Assembly: GCA_963742735.1 (NCBI GenBank)
Contig: CAVUMN010000004.1
Coordinates: 192,001 to 256,000 of the forward strand
DNA: 64,000 bases
Direction of reading: 5' to 3'
From: an uncultured Actinomycetes bacterium
GTDB taxonomy: Bacteria > Actinomycetota > UBA4738 > JBBDTT01
The position numbers and the translations under genes are program-made. The notes beneath the pieces are model-generated. The model was not told where the DNA came from, did no database searches, and saw only the letters and a program-made list of their open reading frames with translations. Shown here in pieces: positions 1 through 8,691 of this stretch (position 1 is the first letter of the stretch; every line of letters starts with the position of its first letter).

Positions 1-1
1 G

Positions 2-811
2 TTCGTCCAGGTGGACCTCGCCGAGGACGATCTGCCCATCGTCCAGGCGGACGTCATCTTCCATCTGGCCTCCCCGGCCAGCCCGCTGCACTACGCGCGC
101 ATGCCGATCGCCACGATGAAGGTCGGTGCGTTCGGGACCTACAAGGTCCTCGAGCTCGCGCGTGCGACCGGGGCGACGGTCCTGCTGGCCTCGACCTCCG
201 AGGTCTACGGCGACCCCGAGATCCACCCGCAGCCGGAGTCCTACTGGGGGCGGGTGAACCCGATCGGCCCCCGGAGCCAGTACGACGAGGGCAAGCGGTT
301 CGCGGAGGCCCTGTGCGCCGCCTACCACCGGACGTACGGCACGGCGATCCGCATGGCCCGGATCTTCAACACCTACGGCCCCCGCATGCAGCCCGGGGAG
401 GGCCGAGCGGTCCCGACGTTCGTCGACCAGGCGCTTCACGGCCTCCCGCTGACGATCCACGGCGACGGCGCGCAGACGCGGTCGTTCTGCTACGTCGACG
501 ACCTGGTGGAGGGCCTGCATCGGCTCGCCCTGTCCGACGTGGAGGGCCCCGTCAACATCGGCAACCCGGACGAACGGCCCGTGCGCGAGCTCGCCGAGCT
601 CATCATCGAGATCACGGGGTCCGCCTCGCCCATCGAGTTCGTCCCCCGGCCACCCGACGACCCGTCGCGGCGGCGTCCCGATATCGCCCGCGCCCGGGAG
701 CTGCTGGGATGGGAGCCGACCGTCGAGCTCCGGGAGGGCCTCGAGGCGACCGTCGCGTGGGCGCGGCAAGGTCTCGACGACCCGAGCCCGTCGCGGCGCG
801 AGGTGCGGTAG
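2..811 (+). CDS. UDP-glucuronate decarboxylase (UDP-xylose synthase)-like extended SDR, 5'-truncated by the window edge
   Basis: Motifs [33 protein letters not shown] (YxxxK), [22 protein letters not shown]; frame open back to position 2. Confidence 0.88.
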   Translation, partial: FVQVDLAEDDLPIVQADVIFHLASPASPLHYARMPIATMKVGAFGTYKVLELARATGATVLLASTSEVYGDPEIHPQPESYWGRVNPIGPRSQYDEGKRFAEALCAAYHRTYGTAIRMARIFNTYGPRMQPGEGRAVPTFVDQALHGLPLTIHGDGAQTRSFCYVDDLVEGLHRLALSDVEGPVNIGNPDERPVRELAELIIEITGSASPIEFVPRPPDDPSRRRPDIARARELLGWEPTVELREGLEATVAWARQGLDDPSPSRREVR

Positions 812-838
812 AAGCTCCCCCCACCTCGTTCAGACAAG

Positions 839-844
839 TAGGAT
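839..844 (+). promoter_or_regulatory. -10 box (TAGGAT) of a probable leaderless promoter
   Basis: TAGGAT lies 7 nt before ATG 852; no SD sequence. Confidence 0.55.
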
Positions 845-851
845 CGTGCGG

Positions 852-2117
852 ATGAGCGACGAGTCGAGATGGTCGAGGTTTCGGCGCGGCAAACGTGCCG
901 AAGCCGAGTGGTCGGACGAGCCGGACGAGGCGCGGGGGGGTTTCGGCGACGACGATGAAGCCGCCCCGCCCCCGGCGCAGCCCTCGCAAGCCCCTCCTCA
1001 GCAGGCGCTGCCCCAGGCCCCGCCGCAGGCCCGGCCCCAGGCGCCACCCGCGGCCCGCCCGTCCGCGCCCACGGCCGTCGGCGACCTGTTCGCGGCGGAC
1101 GAGGAGGAAGCCCGCCCGTCCACGTTCGGCCGCCCGGCGCCCCCCGCCGCCCCGCCCCAGGCGCCGGCCCGCGAGCCGTCGCCGGCCGAGTCCGCCCGCG
1201 ACGAGCTGGCCGCGCTCCTCGCCTCGACGGAAACCCAGGCACCCGACGAGGAGGCGCCACTCTCCGCGTTCCCCAACGACCCGTTCGAGAGCGCGCCCGT
1301 CGCGGAGCCCGAGGCGCCGGCACCGCCCGCGGCCCCCGCCGCCAGCGAGTCGTGGGAGGCGATCGAGTCCCTGTTCAGCCGCCGGACCGAGCCGGCGCCG
1401 GCCACGCCGGGTGGTGGCGACCAGGGTCTGACCCTGGACTGGGAGCGGCCCGAGATGTTCACCGAGCCGACCCAAGAGGAGATCCTCCGGCGCATCAACG
1501 AGCTCTCACAGTCGATGGAGCTCATCGAGCGCCGGATCGACGAGCTGGCCAAGCCGCTGGGGGAGCTCACCGAGCCGGGCACCCGCCTGGCCGCCGCGTT
1601 CAAGCGCCTCGAGCTCATCGAGCGATCGTTCGAGGAGATGCGACTCCAGTCGGAGCGCAACACCCTCAAGACCTCGTCGGGGCTCTCGGCGCTCGACACG
1701 TCGATGGGTGAGCTCCGCGCCGCCGTCGAGGAACCGCTGTGGGAGATGTCCGAGCGGCTGACCTCCTCCGAGATCCGCCTGACCGAGCTGCAGGCCGCCG
1801 AGCGACTGATCGAGCAGGTCAACTCCGCGCTGGCCAAGGACCCGTTCGACCTGATCTCCACGCGAGACATCGACGAGATCACCGACGGCATCACCACCAA
1901 GGTGAAGCGCCTGGGCAGCCGGGTCGAGCGCCTGGAGGCGGCGCTGGACCGAGGGCTCTCGGGCCTCGAGGAGGCCCGCCGCGCCGCCCTCTCCGCCGCG
2001 AAGGAGCTGAACAAGGCCGTCGAGAAGGCCGTGGCCCGGCCCGCCAAGCCGGCAGCGAAGAAGACCGCCGCGAAGAAGGCGGCGGCCAAGAGGGTCATCC
2101 GCAAGCCTCGTTCGTGA
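852..2117 (+). CDS. Hypothetical protein: Pro/Ala/acidic low-complexity N-half, coiled-coil C-half, Lys/Ala histone-H1-like tail
   Basis: GC3-rich ORF; PPQA repeats, then heptad-like helical region, then AKPAAKKTAAKKAAAKR; stop overlaps the next start (GTGA 2114-2117). Confidence 0.75.
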   Translation: MSDESRWSRFRRGKRAEAEWSDEPDEARGGFGDDDEAAPPPAQPSQAPPQQALPQAPPQARPQAPPAARPSAPTAVGDLFAADEEEARPSTFGRPAPPAAPPQAPAREPSPAESARDELAALLASTETQAPDEEAPLSAFPNDPFESAPVAEPEAPAPPAAPAASESWEAIESLFSRRTEPAPATPGGGDQGLTLDWERPEMFTEPTQEEILRRINELSQSMELIERRIDELAKPLGELTEPGTRLAAAFKRLELIERSFEEMRLQSERNTLKTSSGLSALDTSMGELRAAVEEPLWEMSERLTSSEIRLTELQAAERLIEQVNSALAKDPFDLISTRDIDEITDGITTKVKRLGSRVERLEAALDRGLSGLEEARRAALSAAKELNKAVEKAVARPAKPAAKKTAAKKAAAKRVIRKPRS

Positions 2118-2854
2118 AGGTCACCGCCCTCGTCCCGGTCCTCTACCGAGAGGAACAGCTCGCCGACACGCTCGAACGGCTGTCGGCCGTTCGCGACCGC
2201 GTCGACCTCGAGGTCCTGGTCCTCGTGGACGTCCCCGATCCCGCGCGCGAGGCGGAGTCCCGCGCGGAGAACGACGCCGCCGCCGCGGCCCACGGTGCCC
2301 GGCCCGTGTACCGGATCGGCGAGCGCGGGTTCGGGTCGGCCCTGCGCCGGGGTTTCGAGGAGGCGAGCGGCGACGCCGTGGTCCCGTTCATGGCCGACCG
2401 CTCGGACGATCCAGAGACCATCCCGGCGATGGTCGAGGCCATGGAGCGCGGCCTGGACGTGGTCGCCGGCTCGCGCTACATCCCGGGGGGCGGGATCGTC
2501 GGCAACACGGCGAAGCAGCGCGCGTCGAAGTGGTACTCGCGGTTCCTGCGCCTGGCCGGCGGCCCACAGATCCACGACGCCTCCAACGCATTCAAGCTGT
2601 ACCGCCGCGAGGTCCTGCGGTCGGTGCGGACCGAGGCCGAGTCGTTCGACCTGTCGGTGGAGCTCACCGTGAAGGCGCACCTGGCCGGGTTCCGCGTGGG
2701 CGAGGTCCCGTCGGTGTGGACCAATCGCCAGGTGGGCTCGTCGAACTTCAACGTCCCGCGCGAGATCCGCAACTACCGGCGCTGGCTCTGGCTGGCGGCG
2801 CGATCGCCCCGGTCCCGGCCGGCGGGGGCTCCACGGGCCCGGGAGGCGCGATGA
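2114..2854 (+). CDS. GT2 glycosyltransferase, polyprenyl-phosphate glycosyltransferase (DPM1-like)
   Basis: RGFGSALRRGF, MADRSDDP, DVVAGSRY, DASNAFKLYRREVL, EVPSVWTNRQVGSS; GTGA and ATGA coupling on both sides. Confidence 0.85.
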   Translation: MKVTALVPVLYREEQLADTLERLSAVRDRVDLEVLVLVDVPDPAREAESRAENDAAAAAHGARPVYRIGERGFGSALRRGFEEASGDAVVPFMADRSDDPETIPAMVEAMERGLDVVAGSRYIPGGGIVGNTAKQRASKWYSRFLRLAGGPQIHDASNAFKLYRREVLRSVRTEAESFDLSVELTVKAHLAGFRVGEVPSVWTNRQVGSSNFNVPREIRNYRRWLWLAARSPRSRPAGAPRAREAR

Positions 2855-4158
2855 CCGCCCTGGTCGAGCGCTTGGAGGCCCGCGAGGCGCCCGTGACGGT
2901 CATGGGCCTTGGGCGTGTGGGACTCCCGCTCGGCATCGCCTTCGCCGAGGCCGGGCATCAGGTGACCGGCGTCGACATCGACCCCGAGCGCCGGCACTCG
3001 GTCGGGCTCGGAAAGATGCCGTTCGGCGAGCCGGGTGCGGACGAAGCCCTGGCCCGCGCGGTCTCCTCAGGCCGGCTGAAGGTCTCCGACGACGACGCGC
3101 GGGTGCTGCCGGAGAGCGCGGTCATCGTCTTCTGCGTCCCGACGCCGCTGGGCGCCGACCTGCGACCCGACTACGCCCACTTCCGCGCGGCACTCGCCCA
3201 CGTGGCGCCGCACCTGCGGGCGGGGCAGCTGCTGGTGTTCCGCTCCACGGTCTCGCCGGGGACGCTGCAGAAGGTGGCCCGGCCGGCGCTGGCCGAGCTG
3301 ATCCCCGACGTCGTCGGCGAGCTCCTGCTTGCGGCGTGTCCCGAGCGCATCGCCGAGGGCAAGGCGATGCAGGAGCTGGCGTCGCTCCCCGAGATCGTCG
3401 GCGGCTTCACAGACGAGGCGTCGGACGCCGCGGCCGCGCTGTTCCGCACGCTCGGCCCGGACAAGGCCATCCACGTCACCGACCCAACCAGCGCGGAGCT
3501 GGCGAAGCTGTTCACCAACGTCTACCGCTACGTGAACTTCGCGCTGGCCAACGAGTACGCGCTGCTCGGCGAGCACTACGGCGTGGACGCGCACCGGATC
3601 ATCGAGATCGTGAACGCGGACTACCCGCGGGCGAATGTCCCCCGGCCGGGTCCCGCGGGCGGGCCGTGTCTGTCGAAGGACGGCTACTTCCTGGTCGAGG
3701 AGCTCACGCTGCCGGACTTCGTCCTGACGGCGTGGAAGCTGAACGACAGCGCACCGGCCCACAGCGTCCGCCGGCTCGCGGGGCGGCTCGCGCAGCGCGG
3801 TGTCACGCTTCCCGGCACGCCAGTGGCCGTCCTGGGCAAGACGTTCAAGCGCGACAGCGACGACGTCCGCCAGTCGCCGGCCATGCGCGTGATCGAGATC
3901 CTGGAGCGCGAGGGGGCCGAGGTTCGCGCGCACGATCCCCACCTCCCCGGCCCCTCGCTCGAGGAGGTCCTGGGCGGGGCGGCTGCGTTCGTCCTGGCCA
4001 CGAACCACACCGCGTACGAGTCCCTCGACCCCGCGGAGGTCGCCGGACTGATGGCCGAGCCGCGGGTGGCCGTCGACTGCTGGGGCGTCCTGGACCGCGA
4101 CGCGTTCCGGGCGGCGGGCGTGGCCGTCGAGGCGTTCGGCGTGGGGGACGGCCGGTGA
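2851..4158 (+). CDS. Nucleotide-sugar (UDP-HexNAc-type) dehydrogenase, WecC/WbpA family
   Basis: GLGRVG Rossmann motif, CVPTP, RSTVSPGT, CPERIAEG, AELAKLFTNVYRYVNFA, GPAGGPCLSKD (catalytic Cys), FKRDSDDVRQSP. Confidence 0.9.
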   Translation: MTALVERLEAREAPVTVMGLGRVGLPLGIAFAEAGHQVTGVDIDPERRHSVGLGKMPFGEPGADEALARAVSSGRLKVSDDDARVLPESAVIVFCVPTPLGADLRPDYAHFRAALAHVAPHLRAGQLLVFRSTVSPGTLQKVARPALAELIPDVVGELLLAACPERIAEGKAMQELASLPEIVGGFTDEASDAAAALFRTLGPDKAIHVTDPTSAELAKLFTNVYRYVNFALANEYALLGEHYGVDAHRIIEIVNADYPRANVPRPGPAGGPCLSKDGYFLVEELTLPDFVLTAWKLNDSAPAHSVRRLAGRLAQRGVTLPGTPVAVLGKTFKRDSDDVRQSPAMRVIEILEREGAEVRAHDPHLPGPSLEEVLGGAAAFVLATNHTAYESLDPAEVAGLMAEPRVAVDCWGVLDRDAFRAAGVAVEAFGVGDGR

Positions 4159-5120
4159 TCCTGGTCACCGGGGGCGCGGGGTTCATCGGGAGCTCGGTCG
4201 TTCGCAACCTGCTCGACCGCGGCGAGGCCGTGCGCGTGGTGGACAACCTGTCCAAGAACCGGCCGGCCGAGGTCCCGCCCGAGGCCGACTACCTGAACGG
4301 CGACATCACCGACGCCGCCGTCGCGCGCGGAGCGTTCGACGGCGTGGAGCTCGCCTTCCACCTGGCCGCGAAGATCGGGGGGATCGGCTATTTCCACAAG
4401 TACCCGGCGACGATCCTGGACGACAACAACCTGATGCTCTCGCAGGTGTTCCGCACGGCAAGCGACGCCGGCGCGAAGGTCGTGTACGTGTCGAGCTCCA
4501 TGGTCTTCGAGCGGGCGGGCGAGTTCCCCACGCCCGAGGACGCGATCGACCGCTACCCCCCACCGTTCTCGGCGTACGGGTTCTCGAAGCTGATCGGCGA
4601 GTGGTACTGCCGCGCGTTCGCCGACGAGTTCGGCACGCGGTTCTCGATCGCCCGGCCGTTCAACGCCTACGGCCCGGGCGAGTTCCCCGAGGACGAGCCG
4701 GGGCTCGCCCACGTCATCCCCGACCTGGTGAAGAAGATCGTCGGCTCGGACGGTCCCATCGAGATCTTCGGCGACGGCTCGCAGAGCCGGAGCTTCACCT
4801 ACGTCGACGACGTGGCCGACGCGATCGTCACGATCGGCACGCACCCGGGAGGCGAGGGCGAGGACTTCAACATCGGGACCGGCGTGGAGACCTCGATCAA
4901 CGAGCTTCTGGCCCTGCTGTGGCGCGAGATCCGGGGCGAGGAGGAGCCGCGGGTGACGCACGCCGACACCCTTCCCGTCGACGTGCAGCGGCGCGTGCCC
5001 GACGTCACCAAGATCAACTCGAACCTGGGATGGCACTCGGAGGTCTCGCTCGAGGAGGGCCTGCGGCGCACGATCGACTGGTACCGCGAGCGCGGCGTCG
5101 TCCCCGCCGCGACGCGCTGA
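4155..5120 (+). CDS. NAD-dependent epimerase/dehydratase (extended SDR)
   Basis: VTGGAGFIGS, HLAAKIGGI, SAYGFSK, RPFNAYGP, GDGSQSRSFTYVDD; GTGA-coupled start. Confidence 0.9.
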   Translation: MILVTGGAGFIGSSVVRNLLDRGEAVRVVDNLSKNRPAEVPPEADYLNGDITDAAVARGAFDGVELAFHLAAKIGGIGYFHKYPATILDDNNLMLSQVFRTASDAGAKVVYVSSSMVFERAGEFPTPEDAIDRYPPPFSAYGFSKLIGEWYCRAFADEFGTRFSIARPFNAYGPGEFPEDEPGLAHVIPDLVKKIVGSDGPIEIFGDGSQSRSFTYVDDVADAIVTIGTHPGGEGEDFNIGTGVETSINELLALLWREIRGEEEPRVTHADTLPVDVQRRVPDVTKINSNLGWHSEVSLEEGLRRTIDWYRERGVVPAATR

Positions 5121-5123
5121 GGC

Positions 5124-6605
5124 TCAGCGCTCGAGTCGCACCACGGTGATCGGCCCCTCGATCCCGCCGAACCGGCGGACCGCCGTCGGTTCGTAGCCGG
5201 CCCGCTGCAGCGCCTCCACGAGCGCGCTCGCGAACGGCAGCCGGGTCAACCCGCTGGTGACGACCCAGATCCGGGTGGGAAGGCCGGCGGCGAGCGTCCC
5301 GGGTTCGGGCATCAACGCCTCAGCCGGGAGCAGGTCGGCCTGAAGGGGCGGGTCGACCCGGTCCGCGTAGTACTCGAGGCCGACCGTCGGCAGCGGCACG
5401 TCGGGAAGCCCGAACTCGATCGCCGCGTAGACGCGCTCGCCGGGGCCGGTCTGGGTAGCGAGGTAGCCGGTCGCGCCTCGCCAGTCCTCCCGGTTCGGTC
5501 CCGCGTAGAGGAAGCCGAGGATGGTCACGCTCGCGACGAGCAGCACCGCCACGGCGATCCGACCGGTGACCGGCCGGAGCGCGTTCAGCCCGGCCGCCGC
5601 GACCAGGACCAGCGCCGGGAGCGAGCCCACCAGGTAGCGCGCGACCAGCAGCGGCTTGACGAACGACACGGCGATCACGACCAGGATGGGCAGCGCCGCC
5701 CACAACAGCACGAGCCTCGACCGCCACCGCATGAGGGGGTCCGCGTCGGCGAACCGAGCTCGTCGCACCAGCGCGGAGATGCCGAGCGCCCCGGCGCCCG
5801 CGTACAGCACGAGCTGGGCGATCCGCAGCCATACGGGGACGATCACCAACCCCTGCGTGAACGAGTTGGCGTTCTCGTAGACCCAGCGCGGGCCCAGCGC
5901 AGGGACCCACTCCACCAGGCCGCCGGCCTGGCTCAGGCTGGCCACGGCCAGCGGCGCCAGCAGGACGGCAGCGGCGGCGGCCGAGGGCAGCGCCCGCCGC
6001 CACGGGATCCGCTCGCGCGGCAGGGACGGCAGCGACGCCGCATGCACCACGGGGATCAGCCCGGCGTAGGCATGCGCGTACACCCCGAGCACGGTGAGCA
6101 CCGTGTACGCGATCCATCGGGCCGCGGACGGCTCCTCGATCGCCCGGACGAACGCCAGCGTCGACGCCGTCGCCAGGAACGCCACCAGCGTGTAGGGACG
6201 GGCCTCCCGCGCCAGGGAGATCAGGAACGGCTGGGCGGCCAGCAGGAGCCCGCCGATCAACGCAACCCGAGGACCGGCCAGACGACGGGCGAGCGCGACG
6301 AAGACGGGGACCGTGGCAACGGCCCACAGGGCCGAGAACCCGCGGAGCGCGGCCTCGCTGGTGCCGATCGTGCTCCACGCCCGCATCAGCAAGTAGTACA
6401 GGCCCAGGTTGGCGCTGTGCCCCGTGACGACGTCGGCGAAGGTCCCGGCGTCGACCCGCACGGCCCACGCCGTGAGCGCCTCATCCATCCACAGGCTCCG
6501 TGCGCCGATGAACGCGAAGACGGCCACCCCGGTTCCGAACGTCAGGGCGAGGGTGGTCCGAGCGAGGCCGTTCGAGGTGCCGGATGCCGAACGGTTGTCG
6601 CTCAC
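5124..6605 (-). CDS. Membrane GT-C glycosyltransferase (ArnT/PMT_2, GT39/83-like)
   Basis: SLWMDEA after the first TM, LYYLLMRAW, SEAALRGFS, EARPY, RYL, REDWRG; many TM segments; GTG start overlaps the upstream TGA. Confidence 0.8.
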   Translation of the reverse strand: MSDNRSASGTSNGLARTTLALTFGTGVAVFAFIGARSLWMDEALTAWAVRVDAGTFADVVTGHSANLGLYYLLMRAWSTIGTSEAALRGFSALWAVATVPVFVALARRLAGPRVALIGGLLLAAQPFLISLAREARPYTLVAFLATASTLAFVRAIEEPSAARWIAYTVLTVLGVYAHAYAGLIPVVHAASLPSLPRERIPWRRALPSAAAAAVLLAPLAVASLSQAGGLVEWVPALGPRWVYENANSFTQGLVIVPVWLRIAQLVLYAGAGALGISALVRRARFADADPLMRWRSRLVLLWAALPILVVIAVSFVKPLLVARYLVGSLPALVLVAAAGLNALRPVTGRIAVAVLLVASVTILGFLYAGPNREDWRGATGYLATQTGPGERVYAAIEFGLPDVPLPTVGLEYYADRVDPPLQADLLPAEALMPEPGTLAAGLPTRIWVVTSGLTRLPFASALVEALQRAGYEPTAVRRFGGIEGPITVVRLER

Positions 6606-7408
6606 CTGATCCCGCGCCGGATCCTCTGTTCGTGGTGTCGCTCGGCCTGCTTGGACGCCCGCGCCGGCAGCCGGCCGAACGCCCGCACGTCGTAGGACCG
6701 GCCGAGCTTCCAGATCGGGCCCGGCACGGTCGCGCGGGACCGCAGCGGGACGTCCAGGACGTGCCACGCCCGTCCCCGACGGAGGAAACGCCTGATGAGC
6801 GGAAAGAGCTCGAGCTCGAGTCGAGTCAGGCTCGACTCGGGGCGGTAGGTCACGAACATCGTGTTGTCGATCAATCGCGGTTCCCGAAAGGGCGAGCTCA
6901 GCGCGAAGACGTACTCCCGAAGCATCCGGTTCACCCCACCCCAGAAGGGGTCGTTGATCCCGACGATCGCGCCCTCGGTGAGCTTCGGGCGCCAGGCGAT
7001 GACGTCCCGCATCGCGCCATCGTAGGTGTGGTCTCCGTCAAGAAAGAGGAGGTCCACCGTCGCCGGGTCGACACGGTCGCTCGCCTGAGCCGATCCAACC
7101 GACCACGCCTCCACCACGTCGTCGACGGCCTTGCCGCGAAGGTTGGCCCGCAGCTTCTCGAACTGTTCGGGAGGTTGGGGATCGACGGTGACCACTCGTC
7201 CCGCGCCACGTGCCTTCGCCCCGAGACCCATGACGATCGCCGAGCGCCCCAGGTACGACCCGAGGTCGACCAGGAGGGGCGTGGGGCGATCGCCCCCGAC
7301 CGACTGGGCATGCTGGAAGAGCGCCCAGGCCTCGTTCTCCGTCAGCCAGCCCTCCACGTCCTGGAGCAGACGCATCAGGTCTCCCGAGCGGCCGAGAGAC
7401 CGGCTCAT
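6602..7408 (-). CDS. Class I SAM-dependent methyltransferase (Methyltransf_24-like)
   Basis: VEGWLT, VDLGSYLGRSA, VDLLFLDGDHTYDG, INDP. Confidence 0.85.
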   Translation of the reverse strand: MSRSLGRSGDLMRLLQDVEGWLTENEAWALFQHAQSVGGDRPTPLLVDLGSYLGRSAIVMGLGAKARGAGRVVTVDPQPPEQFEKLRANLRGKAVDDVVEAWSVGSAQASDRVDPATVDLLFLDGDHTYDGAMRDVIAWRPKLTEGAIVGINDPFWGGVNRMLREYVFALSSPFREPRLIDNTMFVTYRPESSLTRLELELFPLIRRFLRRGRAWHVLDVPLRSRATVPGPIWKLGRSYDVRAFGRLPARASKQAERHHEQRIRRGIR

Positions 7409-7484
7409 CGACTTCGAGGAACGACGGTGGCGCCCACCGGCTGAGGATAGCCGGAGGCGCCTCGGTTCCCGTTCGTCCAGGCGA

Positions 7485-7844
7485 TCAGGCGGCGAGGCCG
7501 AAGCGGCGGTTGACGGCGTCGCTCGGCGGGGCGCCGAGCGCGTCGACCAGCCGCAGCGCCGCGCGGTTCAGGCGCTTGCGCGCCGCGGCGGTGGAGAGCT
7601 TCGCGCCCACCGACGCGTCCTCCAGGCCGAGGTAGGCGTAGGACAGCCCGGGGGCCAGGTCCCACACCCACAGCCGGCCGAAGGTGTTGCCGCCGGTCAC
7701 GGGCATGACCCGTTCGCCCAGCGCGCCCGGGAAGCGGCGCGTGTGGCCGGCGCTCAGCCCCGCCTTGCGGGCCTGCGTGCGGGCGGCGCGGAGCACCGAG
7801 GCGGCGTCCGCGTTCACGATCCTCTGTGCGAATCCGTAGGGCAT
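7485..7844 (-). CDS. Hypothetical basic protein (119 aa), co-oriented downstream of the TetR gene
   Basis: Strong SD (AAAGGAG) 7 nt before ATG; 24 bp from the tetR stop; GC3-rich codons. Confidence 0.65.
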   Translation of the reverse strand: MPYGFAQRIVNADAASVLRAARTQARKAGLSAGHTRRFPGALGERVMPVTGGNTFGRLWVWDLAPGLSYAYLGLEDASVGAKLSTAAARKRLNRAALRLVDALGAPPSDAVNRRFGLAA

Positions 7845-7868
7845 TGGTTCGCTCCTTTCGACTTCGGG

Positions 7869-8525
7869 TTACAGCGCGCCGCGGCCGACGACCGCCGACA
7901 GCGCCATGCAGACCAGCAGGTCGACCAGGACGTCGGCGACCTCTTCGACTTCGGATGGGCTCTGGGACCGAACGACCTCGGACCCGAGTTCGGTGAACGC
8001 CCCGACCAGGGCTCTGGCCAGAACGCGGGTGTTCACGGGGGGCAGCTGGCCGGCCACCTGAGCCTCGTCCAGGCTCACCTGTACCAGCGCCGCGAACCGG
8101 TCGGTCGCCTCGGCGCGCTTGCGCTCGAGGAGCTCGTGGGTCCCGCCGGGGTGCGCGAACACCAGGCGGGCCGACTGGAGCTCGTGGCATCCGCGGAGGA
8201 ACGCGCGCACGCCGGCCGCCAGGCGGTCCAGAGGCTCGGTCTCCTCGACGGCGGCGGCGAGGGCCCGCGAGTAGAGGGCCTCGGCGAGCTCGTCGTGGAG
8301 CACCTCGAACACCGCGTCCTTGCTCGGGAAGTGGAAGTAGAAGCCGCCCTTCGACAGGCCGGAGGCCCGGACCACGTCGTCGACCGAGGTCGCGTGGTAG
8401 CCCTGGCGAGAGAACTCCTCACGGGCCGCGTCCAGGATCCGCCGGCGCGTGGCCTCGCGAGTGACGTCGTTGCGGGGCCGGCCGCGCCGGCGGACGAGCG
8501 GCGCCTCAGCGACGGTCGTGTTCAT
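7869..8525 (-). CDS. TetR/AcrR family transcriptional regulator
   Basis: TRRRILDAAREEFSRQGYHATSVDDVVRASGLSKGGFYFHFPSKD HTH. Start placed at ATG 8525 from promoter spacing; alternative 8531. Confidence 0.93.
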   Translation of the reverse strand: MNTTVAEAPLVRRRGRPRNDVTREATRRRILDAAREEFSRQGYHATSVDDVVRASGLSKGGFYFHFPSKDAVFEVLHDELAEALYSRALAAAVEETEPLDRLAAGVRAFLRGCHELQSARLVFAHPGGTHELLERKRAEATDRFAALVQVSLDEAQVAGQLPPVNTRVLARALVGAFTELGSEVVRSQSPSEVEEVADVLVDLLVCMALSAVVGRGAL

Positions 8526-8532
8526 GCCCATG

Positions 8533-8562
8533 AATTTACAGACCGACTGGTCGGTCTGTCAA
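8533..8562 (-). promoter_or_regulatory. Sigma70-type promoter of tetR (TTGACA-18-TAAATT) with a perfect 10-2-10 inverted repeat operator (8538-8559)
   Basis: ACAGACCGAC-TG-GTCGGTCTGT fills the -35/-10 spacer; -10 is 7 nt before ATG 8525. Confidence 0.8.
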
Positions 8563-8578
8563 TGTGACGTCCGTCACA
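8563..8578. promoter_or_regulatory. CRP/GlxR-type binding site
   Basis: TGTGA-CGTCCG-TCACA matches the TGTGA-N6-TCACA consensus exactly; lies between divergent tetR and GH10 genes. Confidence 0.65.
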
Positions 8579-8691
8579 GCGCGCTGGGATCGTGCTCAGG
8601 ACCCCCGAATGCCGGGCCCGCGAAGGAATCGGGCCGGGGTGCGGCGAAATGCTCCCATTCGCCCGCCCGTTCGCTCACCAGGAGAGCCCGC

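Noticed and set aside
960-1200. Tandem cag-gcc-ccg repeats
   Set aside because: They encode the PPQA low-complexity peptide and are not an independent DNA repeat element.
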